Made by a program: the position numbers and the translations under genes | Source: Escherichia coli | GTDB lineage: Bacteria; Pseudomonadota; Gammaproteobacteria; Enterobacterales; Enterobacteriaceae | Assembly (NCBI RefSeq): GCF_013315695.1 | Contig: NZ_CP054353.1 | DNA: 64,000 nt | Reading direction: 5' to 3' (one strand) | In this document: positions 1-10,113 of the stretch, one piece after another | Layout of the letters: every line of letters starts with the position of its first letter | Position numbering within the stretch: position 1 is the first letter of the stretch | The notes under the pieces: model-generated | Told to the model about the DNA's origin: nothing | Seen by the model: only the letters and a program-made list of their open reading frames with translations | Databases searched by the model: none

Positions 1-10
1 CTGAACAAAT

Positions 11-47
11 CCCCGGAAGGTTTTTGCCTTCCGGGGATTTTTTATTT
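11..47. terminator. Intrinsic terminator-like hairpin (ccccggaagg/ccttccgggg stem, then T-tract) downstream of yccU
   Basis: Inverted repeat 11-36 followed by attttttatt, read directly from sequence. Confidence 0.55.
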
Positions 48-455
48 GGCCAGGCCCAGGCGAGGGATCTCAATAGCCGGGCAGCGATCCATCACTACAT
101 TTAATCCGGCATCCCGTGCCAGTACTGCCGCTTGCTCATTAATCACCCCCAGTTGCATCCAGAGGGTTTTCGCGCCGATGGCGATCGCTTCCTGCGCTAC
201 GCCCCACGCTGCTTCTGAATTCCGGAAAACATCGACCATATCGACTTTTTCCGGAACGTCTGCCAGCGTGCCATACCCCTGCTGGCCCAGCAGTGTTTTG
301 CCAGCAACTTTTGGCGAAACCGGAATGACGTGATACCCCTGGTCGAGTAGATATTTCATCACGCGATAGCTGGGACGATCGGGTTTGTCGCTTGCCCCCA
401 CCAGCGCAATGGTGTGAGTGGACGTTAAAATGCCTGCAATATCGGTTTCTTTCAT
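42..455 (-). CDS. yccU: CoA-binding domain protein YccU
   Basis: ORF 42..536 trimmed to internal ATG at 453-455 (137 aa) with GGAGG upstream; protein recognised as E. coli YccU. Confidence 0.85.
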   Translation of the reverse strand: MKETDIAGILTSTHTIALVGASDKPDRPSYRVMKYLLDQGYHVIPVSPKVAGKTLLGQQGYGTLADVPEKVDMVDVFRNSEAAWGVAQEAIAIGAKTLWMQLGVINEQAAVLARDAGLNVVMDRCPAIEIPRLGLAK

Positions 456-627
456 TATTTCCTCCAGACTGTTTAACAAAGTGTACGACAAAGCCGACAT
501 GCCAACCATGCAGCTAATACGAATGAATGAGAGCAAAAGCGGGAAATATGTCTATATGTTAGTAAGTATGATTAAAGAAAAATTTTGACACATTATTATT
601 CGGGCGGTCTTTTGACAGGAGCTACCT

Positions 628-1290
628 ATGAAAACCGGCATCGTGACCACCTTGATTGCATTATGTTTGCCGGTATCCGTTTTTGCCACCACGTTGCGGC
701 TTTCAACCGATGTCGATCTTCTGGTACTCGACGGTAAAAAGGTTTCCAGCTCTCTGCTGCGCGGTGCGGACAGCATTGAACTGGATAACGGACCGCATCA
801 GTTAGTGTTTCGCGTTGAGAAGACGATTCATCTTTCCAATAGTGAAGAACGGCTGTATATCTCCCCACCGCTGGTGGTCAGTTTTAATACCCAGCTCATC
901 AACCAGGTCAATTTTCGCCTGCCTCGTCTGGAGAATGAGCGGGAAGCTAACCATTTTGATGCCGCGCCGCGCCTTGAATTGTTGGATGGCGATGCGACGC
1001 CGATTCCAGTAAAGCTGGATATTCTCGCCATTACCTCAACGGCAAAAACGATTGATTATGAGGTCGAGGTTGAACGCTATAACAAATCCGCGAAACGCGC
1101 TTCACTACCGCAATTTGCCACGATGATGGCAGATGACAGTACGCTGCTTTCGGGTGTTTCCGAGCTGGATGCTATTCCACCGCAGTCTCAGGTGCTCACA
1201 GAACAACGGCTGAAGTATTGGTTTAAACTGGCTGACCCACAAACGCGAAATACTTTCCTGCAATGGGCGGAAAAACAACCATCTTCCTGA
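628..1290 (+). CDS. yccT: Periplasmic protein YccT (DUF2057), signal peptide present
   Basis: 220-aa ORF with N-terminal signal sequence [20 protein letters not shown]; matches YccT. Confidence 0.85.
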
Positions 1291-1385
1291 GATTTTTGTG
1301 CCTGTGCGCAGGCTTTTTCAGTCTTTCTCTTGCAGCGATAAGTACTTACAGTAATCTGTAGGAAAGTTAACTACGGATGTACATT

Positions 1386-1844
1386 ATGGAACTGACGACT
1401 CGCACTTTACCTTCGCGGAAACATATTGCGCTGGTGGCACACGATCACTGCAAACAAATGCTGATGAGCTGGGTGGAACGGCATCAACCGTTACTGGAGC
1501 AACACGTACTGTATGCAACAGGCACTACCGGTAACTTGATTTCCCGTGCAACCGGCATGAACGTCAACGCGATGTTGAGTGGCCCAATGGGGGGTGACCA
1601 GCAGGTTGGCGCATTGATCTCAGAAGGGAAAATTGATGTATTGATTTTCTTCTGGGACCCACTAAACGCCGTGCCGCACGACCCTGACGTGAAAGCCTTG
1701 CTGCGTCTGGCGACGGTATGGAACATTCCGGTCGCCACCAACGTGGCAACGGCAGACTTCATTATCCAGTCGCCGCATTTCAACGACGCGGTCGATATTC
1801 TGATCCCCGATTATCAGCGTTATCTCGCGGACCGTCTGAAGTAA
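1386..1844 (+). CDS. mgsA: Methylglyoxal synthase
   Basis: 152 aa from ATG 1386 (MELTTRTLP...); recognised MgsA sequence. Confidence 0.92.
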
Positions 1845-1850
1845 TATTGC

Positions 1851-1877
1851 ACAGGTGGCAAACGCCACCTGTTTCTT
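1851..1877 (+). terminator. Intrinsic terminator of mgsA; overlaps 3' end of convergent helD
   Basis: Hairpin acaggtggc-aaac-gccacctgt followed by ttctt. Confidence 0.6.
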
Positions 1878-3930
1878 ACGGTTTTCTCGCCACCGGCACA
1901 TCCAGATTTTTCAGTATTTCGACAAATGGAGAGGGATTCTCTTTGTTAAACAGTGCCCATACCCGATGGCGTGCCCGGGTCAGCGCCACGTACATTAACC
2001 GCCGTTCTTCAGCGTCCGGGAAATCCTCAACCGGTGGCAGTAGCGCCTCTTCCATAATCGACTCCCGCGCCGCAGCCGGAAAACCATCACTCCCCTCCTG
2101 CAAGCCAACGATGATGACGTAATCCGCCTGTTGCCCTTTGCTGGCATGAATGGTCATAAAGTCGATTTGCAACTTCGGCCAGCGTGTTGCCGCTTTTTCC
2201 AGGCTGGCAGCCCTCATGTGATGGTAACGCGCCAGGATCAGAATGCGCTCTTCCGGTTTGGCATAACCAGAGAGCTTATCCAGCAAAGCGTCAAGATGGC
2301 TCTCATCCAATAACGTGACGGCTTTTTTGTCTCCATTGGTTAAGCTGTTTAGCGGCTTTTTCAGCTGGCCTGGGTTCTGCTGAATAAACCGGTTTGCCAC
2401 CTCACCGATACGACTGTTAAAACGGTAAGTCGTGTCTAAATCGCAGCGATCACCTTCACCAAAGTTTTCATGGAAAGCGGTGGTGAGCGACATTTGCGCA
2501 CCGCTGAAGCGATAAATCGCCTGCCAGTCATCACCAACGGCGAACAACGTCGTCTGACTGTTTTGCTTGCGTAATGCCGCTAACAACGCTGCGCGCTGCG
2601 GCGAGATATCCTGAAATTCATCAACCAGAATATGCTTCCACGGGCTGATAAAGCGACCTTTCTCCAGAATCACAATCGCCTGGTGAATAAGGCCCGAAAA
2701 ATCGACAGCGTTTTCTGCCTTCAGCGCACCTTTCCAGGCTTTTAATAACGGAGCCATCAACTTGATACGTTTACTGAACAGATCGCGAATCTCTTCGGGT
2801 GCACTGGCAATCATTTCTGCCTGTGCACCACCGTGCATCCGCATCAGACTTACCCAACGATCGAGGCGTGAGGCAAGACGACGCTGTAATTTTTCATCAT
2901 CCCAGAAGTTACCTGCTGGCACTGACCACTGCATTTCTTCCGTCAGCCATTGCCGCCAGCCCTTCGCCTGCGCTTTCTTTTCGCTGCATTGCTTGCGCCA
3001 CTCAGCAATAAAGAGTTCATGACGGGCAGCGGTATCATTTTCCAGTTTGCTGACTATCGGAACTTTTTTGCTGCCCTGCTGAATAATATGCAGCGCCAGC
3101 GCATGAAACGTGCGTGCGGTAATGTCTTCGGTATGTAGCCGTTCGCGAATACGCTCGTCCATCTCTTCAGCGGCTTTGCGACCAAACGCCAGCAATAAAA
3201 TTTGCTCAGGGAACGCTTCACCACGCGCCAGCAACCAGCCTGCACGGGCCACCAGCACCGATGTTTTTCCGCTTCCTGCACCAGCCAGCACTAACAAAGA
3301 ATGCTCGCCATTAACGACTGCCCGGGCCTGCGCCGGATTCAGCGGTGAAGATTCGACCTGGCGGAAAAAATCCGCATACTCGGTAAGCATGGCTTCGGTA
3401 TACGCCTGATTATGCTGCAACCGAGCGCCTTCAATGTCCTTCAACCAGGCCTGACATTTACGCCACGCCTCACGGCAGTTATCGAATTCTTCCAGTCGGT
3501 TAACCGGCAACGGCAACGCCGACATAGCCTGGCGGATTTGTTGCTGAACGCCAGAGGTTTGCTCACGCGTCAGCCATTTATTTTCTCCGGTGCGCGTGGC
3601 AATTAAATCCAGTTGCTGGCGTAAAACACCAGACGCAATTTCGCTCATCTCGCCACTCCACCGCCGCCAGTGAGCATCAAGATGATGGTAAAAACGCTGC
3701 GTCTCGCCCCATTCGGTACCGTGCAGACGCACCACTTTTTCGCCCGGCAGTACAAATTCCAGCTCGCCCCATACCAGACCGCGCTTACAGTGAATCGCCA
3801 GTAATTGATTGAAAGGAATAAGGTATTCGTGGCGATCGCCGGAGACTTTAATCCCGGCATTGAGGATCACCGCCCGATCGTAAGGGTGCTGTGCCAGACG
3901 TTTTCCAAGCGTTGTCGCTTTCAGTTCCAT
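1876..3930 (-). CDS. helD: DNA helicase IV
   Basis: ORF 1876..4023 trimmed to ATG at 3928-3930 (684 aa, MELKATTLGKRLAQ...); UvrD-like helicase motifs (GSGKT). Confidence 0.92.
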   Translation of the reverse strand: MELKATTLGKRLAQHPYDRAVILNAGIKVSGDRHEYLIPFNQLLAIHCKRGLVWGELEFVLPGEKVVRLHGTEWGETQRFYHHLDAHWRRWSGEMSEIASGVLRQQLDLIATRTGENKWLTREQTSGVQQQIRQAMSALPLPVNRLEEFDNCREAWRKCQAWLKDIEGARLQHNQAYTEAMLTEYADFFRQVESSPLNPAQARAVVNGEHSLLVLAGAGSGKTSVLVARAGWLLARGEAFPEQILLLAFGRKAAEEMDERIRERLHTEDITARTFHALALHIIQQGSKKVPIVSKLENDTAARHELFIAEWRKQCSEKKAQAKGWRQWLTEEMQWSVPAGNFWDDEKLQRRLASRLDRWVSLMRMHGGAQAEMIASAPEEIRDLFSKRIKLMAPLLKAWKGALKAENAVDFSGLIHQAIVILEKGRFISPWKHILVDEFQDISPQRAALLAALRKQNSQTTLFAVGDDWQAIYRFSGAQMSLTTAFHENFGEGDRCDLDTTYRFNSRIGEVANRFIQQNPGQLKKPLNSLTNGDKKAVTLLDESHLDALLDKLSGYAKPEERILILARYHHMRAASLEKAATRWPKLQIDFMTIHASKGQQADYVIIVGLQEGSDGFPAAARESIMEEALLPPVEDFPDAEERRLMYVALTRARHRVWALFNKENPSPFVEILKNLDVPVARKP

Positions 3931-4052
3931 GACTCTGTAGATCCACACGAAATGATTTCTTATCAGTGTAACCGTCAGAGAAAACGTGCTCCAGCCCAAA
4001 AAAACGTTACAATTGCCGCCCATTACTGAAAACCACAGTAAAGCGAGGTTTT

Positions 4053-4499
4053 ATGCGTACCGTTTTGAACATTCTGAACTTTGTGCTTGGCGGATTTGCC
4101 ACCACTCTGGGCTGGCTGTTGGCGACTCTGGTCAGTATTGTGCTGATTTTTACCTTACCGCTGACACGATCCTGCTGGGAGATCACTAAACTGTCTCTGG
4201 TGCCTTATGGCAATGAAGCTATTCATGTCGATGAACTGAACCCGGCTGGCAAAAATGTGCTGCTGAATACTGGCGGTACGGTATTGAATATTTTCTGGCT
4301 GATTTTCTTTGGCTGGTGGTTATGCCTGATGCACATTGCAACGGGCATCGCACAATGTATTTCCATCATTGGCATTCCTGTCGGCATTGCGAACTTTAAA
4401 ATTGCCGCTATTGCACTATGGCCGGTCGGTCGTCGCGTGGTATCGGTAGAAACAGCGCAAGCTGCGCGTGAAGCCAATGCACGTCGTCGTTTTGAATAA
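4053..4499 (+). CDS. yccF: Inner membrane protein YccF
   Basis: 148-aa hydrophobic ORF matching YccF; immediately upstream of yccS. Confidence 0.85.
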   Translation: MRTVLNILNFVLGGFATTLGWLLATLVSIVLIFTLPLTRSCWEITKLSLVPYGNEAIHVDELNPAGKNVLLNTGGTVLNIFWLIFFGWWLCLMHIATGIAQCISIIGIPVGIANFKIAAIALWPVGRRVVSVETAQAAREANARRRFE

Positions 4500-4508
4500 T
4501 CCACTAAT

Positions 4509-6671
4509 ATGGCCTTTATGCTAAGTCCTTTGCTCAAACGCTATACCTGGAACAGCGCCTGGCTGTATTACGCGCGTATTTTTATTGCGCTTTGTGGAAC
4601 CACAGCGTTTCCGTGGTGGCTGGGTGATGTAAAACTGACGATTCCGCTGACGCTGGGGATGGTGGCAGCGGCGCTGACCGATCTCGATGACCGACTGGCG
4701 GGACGTTTGCGTAACCTCATCATTACGCTGTTCTGCTTTTTTATCGCCTCGGCCTCAGTAGAACTGCTGTTTCCCTGGCCCTGGCTATTTGCGATTGGCT
4801 TAACGCTCTCAACCAGCGGCTTCATTTTGCTCGGCGGTCTGGGTCAACGCTATGCAACAATTGCCTTCGGTGCGTTACTGATCGCCATTTACACTATGTT
4901 GGGGACGTCACTGTATGAGCACTGGTATCAGCAGCCGATGTATCTGCTGGCCGGTGCCGTCTGGTACAACGTCCTGACACTTATTGGTCATCTACTGTTC
5001 CCGGTCCGCCCGCTGCAGGACAACCTGGCGCGTTGCTATGAACAACTGGCGCGTTACCTTGAGCTCAAGTCGCGCATGTTTGATCCTGATATTGAAGATG
5101 AAAGCCAGGCACCGTTGTACGATTTGGCTCTCGCCAACGGTCAGCTGATGGCGACATTGAATCAGACGAAACTCTCGCTGCTGACCCGCTTACGTGGCGA
5201 TCGTGGTCAACGGGGAACGCGTCGCACGCTGCATTATTACTTCGTCGCGCAGGATATTCACGAGCGTGCCAGCTCTTCTCATATTCAGTATCAAACATTG
5301 CGTGAACATTTTCGCCACAGCGACGTGCTGTTCCGTTTTCAGCGGCTGATGTCGATGCAGGGCCAGGCGTGCCAGCAACTGTCACGTTGTATTTTGTTGC
5401 GTCAGCCTTATCAACATGATCCGCATTTCGAGCGCGCTTTTACGCATATTGATGCTGCGCTGGAGCGGATGCGCGATAACGGCGCACCTGCCGATTTACT
5501 CAAAACACTGGGATTTTTGCTGAACAATTTACGCGCCATTGATGCCCAACTGGCAACAATTGAATCAGAACAGGCCCAGGCACTGCCCCATAATAATGAC
5601 GAAAATGAGCTCGCTGATGACAGCCCGCACGGATTGAGTGATATCTGGCTGCGTCTTAGCCGTCACTTCACGCCGGAATCCGCCCTCTTCCGTCATGCGG
5701 TAAGAATGTCGCTGGTGTTGTGCTTCGGCTACGCCATCATTCAGATAACCGGAATGCATCACGGGTATTGGATCTTGCTGACAAGTTTGTTTGTCTGCCA
5801 GCCAAACTATAACGCCACGCGCCACCGCCTGAAGTTAAGGATTATTGGGACGCTGGTCGGTATCGCCATTGGCATTCCTGTGCTGTGGTTTGTACCGTCA
5901 CTGGAAGGGCAACTGGTGCTACTGGTTATTACCGGCGTGCTCTTTTTTGCCTTCCGTAACGTGCAATACGCCCATGCAACGATGTTCATCACACTTTTGG
6001 TGCTACTTTGTTTTAACTTGCTGGGTGAAGGTTTTGAAGTGGCGTTACCTCGCGTAATCGATACGCTGATTGGTTGTGCCATTGCGTGGGCGGCGGTGAG
6101 CTACATCTGGCCTGACTGGAAGTTTCGCAATCTGCCGCGCATGCTCGAACGTGCCACCGAGGCCAACTGTCGCTATCTCGATGCCATACTGGAGCAATAC
6201 CATCAGGGGCGTGATAACCGTCTGGCGTATCGTATTGCCCGCCGCGATGCACACAACCGTGATGCCGAACTGGCGTCGGTGGTATCAAATATGTCCAGCG
6301 AGCCGAACGTTACCCCGCAAATTCGCGAGGCCGCGTTTCGGTTGCTGTGCCTTAACCATACGTTTACCAGCTATATCTCAGCCCTCGGTGCTCACCGGGA
6401 GCAGTTAACTAATCCTGAAATTCTGGCGTTTCTTGATGACGCAGTTTGCTATGTTGATGGCGCGTTACATCATCAACCTGCTGATGAAGAACGCGTCAAT
6501 CAGGCATTAGCTGGCCTGAAACAGCGGATGCAGCAACTTGAACCACGGGCAGACAGCAAAGAACCTCTGGTCGTACAACAAGTTGGGTTATTGATTGCAT
6601 TACTGCCAGAGATTGGTCGTCTGCAACGCCAGATTACTCAAGTTCCGCAGGAAACTCCTGTTTCGGCGTAA
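4509..6671 (+). CDS. yccS: Inner membrane protein YccS (putative efflux/FUSC-like family)
   Basis: 720-aa polytopic membrane ORF matching YccS; true start could be the ATG at 4518. Confidence 0.85.
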   Translation: MAFMLSPLLKRYTWNSAWLYYARIFIALCGTTAFPWWLGDVKLTIPLTLGMVAAALTDLDDRLAGRLRNLIITLFCFFIASASVELLFPWPWLFAIGLTLSTSGFILLGGLGQRYATIAFGALLIAIYTMLGTSLYEHWYQQPMYLLAGAVWYNVLTLIGHLLFPVRPLQDNLARCYEQLARYLELKSRMFDPDIEDESQAPLYDLALANGQLMATLNQTKLSLLTRLRGDRGQRGTRRTLHYYFVAQDIHERASSSHIQYQTLREHFRHSDVLFRFQRLMSMQGQACQQLSRCILLRQPYQHDPHFERAFTHIDAALERMRDNGAPADLLKTLGFLLNNLRAIDAQLATIESEQAQALPHNNDENELADDSPHGLSDIWLRLSRHFTPESALFRHAVRMSLVLCFGYAIIQITGMHHGYWILLTSLFVCQPNYNATRHRLKLRIIGTLVGIAIGIPVLWFVPSLEGQLVLLVITGVLFFAFRNVQYAHATMFITLLVLLCFNLLGEGFEVALPRVIDTLIGCAIAWAAVSYIWPDWKFRNLPRMLERATEANCRYLDAILEQYHQGRDNRLAYRIARRDAHNRDAELASVVSNMSSEPNVTPQIREAAFRLLCLNHTFTSYISALGAHREQLTNPEILAFLDDAVCYVDGALHHQPADEERVNQALAGLKQRMQQLEPRADSKEPLVVQQVGLLIALLPEIGRLQRQITQVPQETPVSA

Positions 6672-7263
6672 GAGAGTCAGCCCATTCTGCAAGCTCCTGG
6701 CGGCGTGCCACCGGGAGCGCAGCTTCATGAATGCCGATAATGGCCCCTTCAAGCATAAACAGAATCTTTTCTGTCACCAGACTGTTTTGCTGCCGCAGTC
6801 GCAACCAACACATTTTTGCCCCAAGTATACGTAACGCCCGTACATCCTTAATCCCCACCTCCCCGAGAATCGCTTCCAGATGAAAAGACATATTGGGCAA
6901 ATCTTTCAGTCTTTCCCGGGTATTGCGCGTGCTTTTCTCTTTCAGCGCTGCATCGAGAGAATATTTCGACAGACGCACCAGCTTCAGTTGATTTCGCCAT
7001 AGACTTTCATCAACTCGATAGTAATTGAGGGTAACGGATCGGCCACACTTTTTATATGTCAGCCAGACAGGCGGATGTTTTACACAGTACTGTGCACTTT
7101 GCTCACAAGCCCGAAGATACAACTCACCATCAGAAACCATCGCAAACACCGTGTCGTCAACGGTCAGGCTGTAACTGCCAAACAATGATCGGTATTCAAT
7201 TGTGCCCAACGTTGCCAGGTATTCTTGTGATTTATAGATCCGCTTATAGGAGAGGCTTTTCAT
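6634..7263 (-). CDS. sxy: Competence/CRP-S regulon activator Sxy (TfoX)
   Basis: 209-aa ORF matching E. coli Sxy/TfoX; 3' end overlaps yccS convergently. Confidence 0.9.
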   Translation of the reverse strand: MKSLSYKRIYKSQEYLATLGTIEYRSLFGSYSLTVDDTVFAMVSDGELYLRACEQSAQYCVKHPPVWLTYKKCGRSVTLNYYRVDESLWRNQLKLVRLSKYSLDAALKEKSTRNTRERLKDLPNMSFHLEAILGEVGIKDVRALRILGAKMCWLRLRQQNSLVTEKILFMLEGAIIGIHEAALPVARRQELAEWADSLTPKQEFPAELE

Positions 7264-7439
7264 AAAATTCCTTTTAAAATCATAACATAAAAGAATGATT
7301 CACATTAACGGATCCGTTAACTACGAAAATAGGCAACTTATTCTTAAGGGGCAAGATTAATTTATGTTTTCCCGCCACCAACGACAAAATTTGCGAGGCT
7401 CTTTCCGAAAATAGAGTTGATCTTTGTCGTCACTGGATG

Positions 7440-7459
7440 TACTGTACATTCATACAGTA
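7440..7459. promoter_or_regulatory. LexA operator (SOS box) of sulA
   Basis: tactgtacattcatacagta = CTGT-N8-ACAG palindrome 23 bp upstream of the sulA ATG. Confidence 0.85.
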
Positions 7460-7481
7460 ACTCACAGGGGCTGGATTGATT

Positions 7482-7991
7482 ATGTACACTTCAGGCTATG
7501 CACATCGTTCTTCGTCGTTCTCATCCGCAGCAAGTAAAATTGCGCGTGTCTCTACGGAAAACACTACAGCCGGGCTTATCAGTGAAGTTGTCTATCGCGA
7601 AGATCAGCCCATGATGACGCAACTTCTACTGTTGCCATTGTTACAGCAACTCGGTCAGCAATCGCGCTGGCAACTCTGGTTAACACCGCAACAAAAACTG
7701 AGTCGCGAATGGGTTCAGGCATCTGGGCTACCCTTAACGAAAGTAATGCAGATTAACCAGCTCTCCCCCTGCCACACCGTGGAGTCAATGGTTCGCGCTT
7801 TACGCACGGGCAATTACAGCGTGGTGATCGGTTGGTTGGCAGATGATTTGACTGAAGAAGAGCATGCTGAACTTGTTGATGCGGCAAATGAAGGTAACGC
7901 TATGGGGTTTATTATGCGTCCGGTAAGTGCATCCTCTCACGCCACGAGACAACTTTCCGGGCTAAAAATTCACTCTAATTTGTATCATTAA
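7482..7991 (+). CDS. sulA: SOS cell-division inhibitor SulA
   Basis: 169 aa from ATG 7482 ([11 protein letters not shown]...); recognised SulA; LexA box upstream. Confidence 0.92.
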   Translation: MYTSGYAHRSSSFSSAASKIARVSTENTTAGLISEVVYREDQPMMTQLLLLPLLQQLGQQSRWQLWLTPQQKLSREWVQASGLPLTKVMQINQLSPCHTVESMVRALRTGNYSVVIGWLADDLTEEEHAELVDAANEGNAMGFIMRPVSASSHATRQLSGLKIHSNLYH

Positions 7992-7999
7992 GTAAATTT

Positions 8000-8023
8000 A
8001 GGATTAATCCTGGAACTTTTTTT
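8000..8023 (+). terminator. Probable sulA terminator (short hairpin plus T7 tract)
   Basis: aggattaatcct followed by ggaacttttttt. Confidence 0.45.
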
Positions 8024-8214
8024 GTCGCCCAGCCAATGCTTTCAGTCGTGACTAATTTTCCTTGCGGAGGCTTGTGTGAAGCGGTTTCCGCGATTTTCTT
8101 CTGTAAATTGTCGCTGACAAAAAAGATTAAACGTACCTTATACAAGACTTTTTTTTCATATGCCTGACGGAGTTCACACTTGTAAGTTTTCAACTACGTT
8201 GTAGACTTTACATC

Positions 8215-8347
8215 GCCAGGGGTGCTCGGCATAAGCCGAAGATATCGGTAGAGTTAATATTGAGCAGATCCCCCGGTGAAGGATTTAACCGTGTTATCTC
8301 GTTGGAGATATTCATGGCGTATTTTGGATGATAACGAGGCGCAAAAA
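8215..8347 (+). promoter_or_regulatory. ompA 5' untranslated leader (about 133 nt, stabilising 5' stem-loop; Hfq/MicA target region)
   Basis: Sequence gccaggggtgctcggcataagccg... matches the known ompA mRNA 5' end; long leader before ATG 8348. Confidence 0.75.
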
Positions 8348-9400
8348 ATGAAAAAGACAGCTATCGCGATTGCAGTGGCACTGGCTGGTTTCGCTACCGT
8401 AGCGCAGGCCGCTCCGAAAGATAACACCTGGTACACTGGTGCTAAACTGGGCTGGTCCCAGTACCATGACACTGGTTTTATTCCTAACAATGGTCCGACC
8501 CACGAAAACCAACTGGGTGCAGGTGCTTTTGGTGGTTACCAGGTTAACCCGTATGTTGGCTTTGAAATGGGTTACGACTGGTTAGGTCGTATGCCGTACA
8601 AAGGCGACAACATCAACGGCGCATACAAAGCTCAGGGCGTTCAGCTGACCGCTAAACTGGGTTACCCAATCACTGACGATCTGGACATCTACACTCGTCT
8701 GGGTGGTATGGTATGGCGTGCAGACACCAAGGCTAACGTACCTGGTGGCGCATCTTTTAAAGACCACGACACCGGCGTTTCTCCGGTTTTCGCTGGCGGT
8801 GTTGAGTACGCGATCACTCCTGAAATCGCTACCCGTCTGGAATACCAGTGGACCAACAACATCGGTGACGCACACACCATCGGTACTCGTCCGGACAACG
8901 GCATGCTGAGCCTGGGTGTTTCCTACCGTTTCGGTCAGGGCGAAGCAGCTCCAGTAGTTGCTCCGGCTCCAGCTCCGGCACCGGAAGTACAGACCAAGCA
9001 CTTCACTCTGAAGTCTGACGTTCTGTTCACCTTCAACAAAGCAACCCTGAAACCGGAAGGTCAGGCTGCTCTGGATCAGCTGTACAGCCAGCTGAGCAAC
9101 CTGGATCCGAAAGACGGTTCCGTAGTTGTTCTGGGTTACACTGACCGCATCGGTTCTGACGCTTACAACCAGGGTCTGTCCGAGCGCCGTGCTCAGTCCG
9201 TTGTTGATTACCTGATCTCTAAAGGTATCCCGGCAGACAAAATCTCCGCACGTGGTATGGGCGAATCCAACCCGGTTACTGGCAACACCTGTGACAACGT
9301 GAAACAGCGTGCTGCACTGATCGACTGCCTGGCTCCGGATCGTCGCGTAGAGATCGAAGTTAAAGGCATCAAAGACGTTGTAACTCAGCCGCAGGCTTAA
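8348..9400 (+). CDS. ompA: Outer membrane protein A (non-K-12 loop allele)
   Basis: 350 aa from ATG 8348 ([21 protein letters not shown]...); barrel and OmpA-like C-terminal domain conserved; loop segments differ from K-12 sequence as I recall it. Confidence 0.95.
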   Translation: MKKTAIAIAVALAGFATVAQAAPKDNTWYTGAKLGWSQYHDTGFIPNNGPTHENQLGAGAFGGYQVNPYVGFEMGYDWLGRMPYKGDNINGAYKAQGVQLTAKLGYPITDDLDIYTRLGGMVWRADTKANVPGGASFKDHDTGVSPVFAGGVEYAITPEIATRLEYQWTNNIGDAHTIGTRPDNGMLSLGVSYRFGQGEAAPVVAPAPAPAPEVQTKHFTLKSDVLFTFNKATLKPEGQAALDQLYSQLSNLDPKDGSVVVLGYTDRIGSDAYNQGLSERRAQSVVDYLISKGIPADKISARGMGESNPVTGNTCDNVKQRAALIDCLAPDRRVEIEVKGIKDVVTQPQA

Positions 9401-9413
9401 GTTCTCGTCTGGT

Positions 9414-9446
9414 AAAAAACCCCGCAGCTGCGGGGTTTTTTTTCGC
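9414..9446. terminator. Bidirectional intrinsic terminator between convergent ompA and matP
   Basis: aaaaaaccccgcagctgcggggtttttttt: GC-rich hairpin flanked by A- and T-tracts. Confidence 0.85.
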
Positions 9447-9475
9447 CTTTAGTAAATTGAAGTGACTTTTGACAG

Positions 9476-9928
9476 TTATTCCTTACCCAGCAATGCCTGC
9501 AGATCCTGCTTCAGAGAAGACATTTTATTCGCGTATTTCTCTTTGTTTTCCGCATCTTCAATCAGCTGAACAATCGTTTCAGAAAGCGTTTTACCGCGAC
9601 GCTGCGCAAGACCAGCCAGACGTTGCCAGACAATAAATTCCAGATCGATCGATTTTTTGCGCGTATGCTGGTGTTCCGCATTAAAATGGCGCTTCCGTCT
9701 GGCCCGAATGGTCTGCTTCATGCGATTGACCAGTTCCGGATTCATATGCTTGTCAATCCAGCCATTTACCAGCACGGGTTCATTTTCCAGCGAGAGCAAC
9801 ACATCGACGGCTTCCTGGGCGGCACTGGCTTCTATGTAACGGGTGATTAACTCCCCTTCGCGATACTTCTTCACCAGATACTTCCATTTCCAACCGCTTT
9901 CAAGATTTTCAAGTTGTTGATATTTCAT
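9476..9928 (-). CDS. matP: Ter macrodomain organiser MatP
   Basis: 150-aa ORF matching MatP. Confidence 0.9.
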   Translation of the reverse strand: MKYQQLENLESGWKWKYLVKKYREGELITRYIEASAAQEAVDVLLSLENEPVLVNGWIDKHMNPELVNRMKQTIRARRKRHFNAEHQHTRKKSIDLEFIVWQRLAGLAQRRGKTLSETIVQLIEDAENKEKYANKMSSLKQDLQALLGKE

Positions 9929-10113
9929 AGCGATCTCAATGTTACCGTGTAACTCTTTACAGAATATCAGCTTTTTAGGCCAGTGAAGAAAAGAATCTCC
10001 ATCCTGTGAGCTTTAACGCCCATGCCAGGAGTATTGTCGGTGCTTTCTACGTGTGCTGCAGTGCCGGTTACGGTATAATCGCGGCTTTGACAACAGACTA
10101 AAAAACATCAACT

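Noticed and set aside
4312-4319. Chi octamers (gctggtgg) at 870-877, 4312-4319 and 32965-32972
   Set aside because: Chi sites occur every few kb in E. coli; three in 64 kb is unremarkable.
7330-7440. Candidate CRP-S site in the sxy promoter
   Set aside because: Only weak half-site matches (for example cggaa-N6-tcgca on the sxy strand); I cannot place the known autoregulatory CRP-S site with confidence.
7975-8193. 72-aa lysine-rich ORF on the minus strand spanning the sulA-ompA intergenic region
   Set aside because: It runs through the sulA terminator and the AT-rich ompA promoter region with no convincing RBS; most likely a chance ORF in AT-rich DNA.
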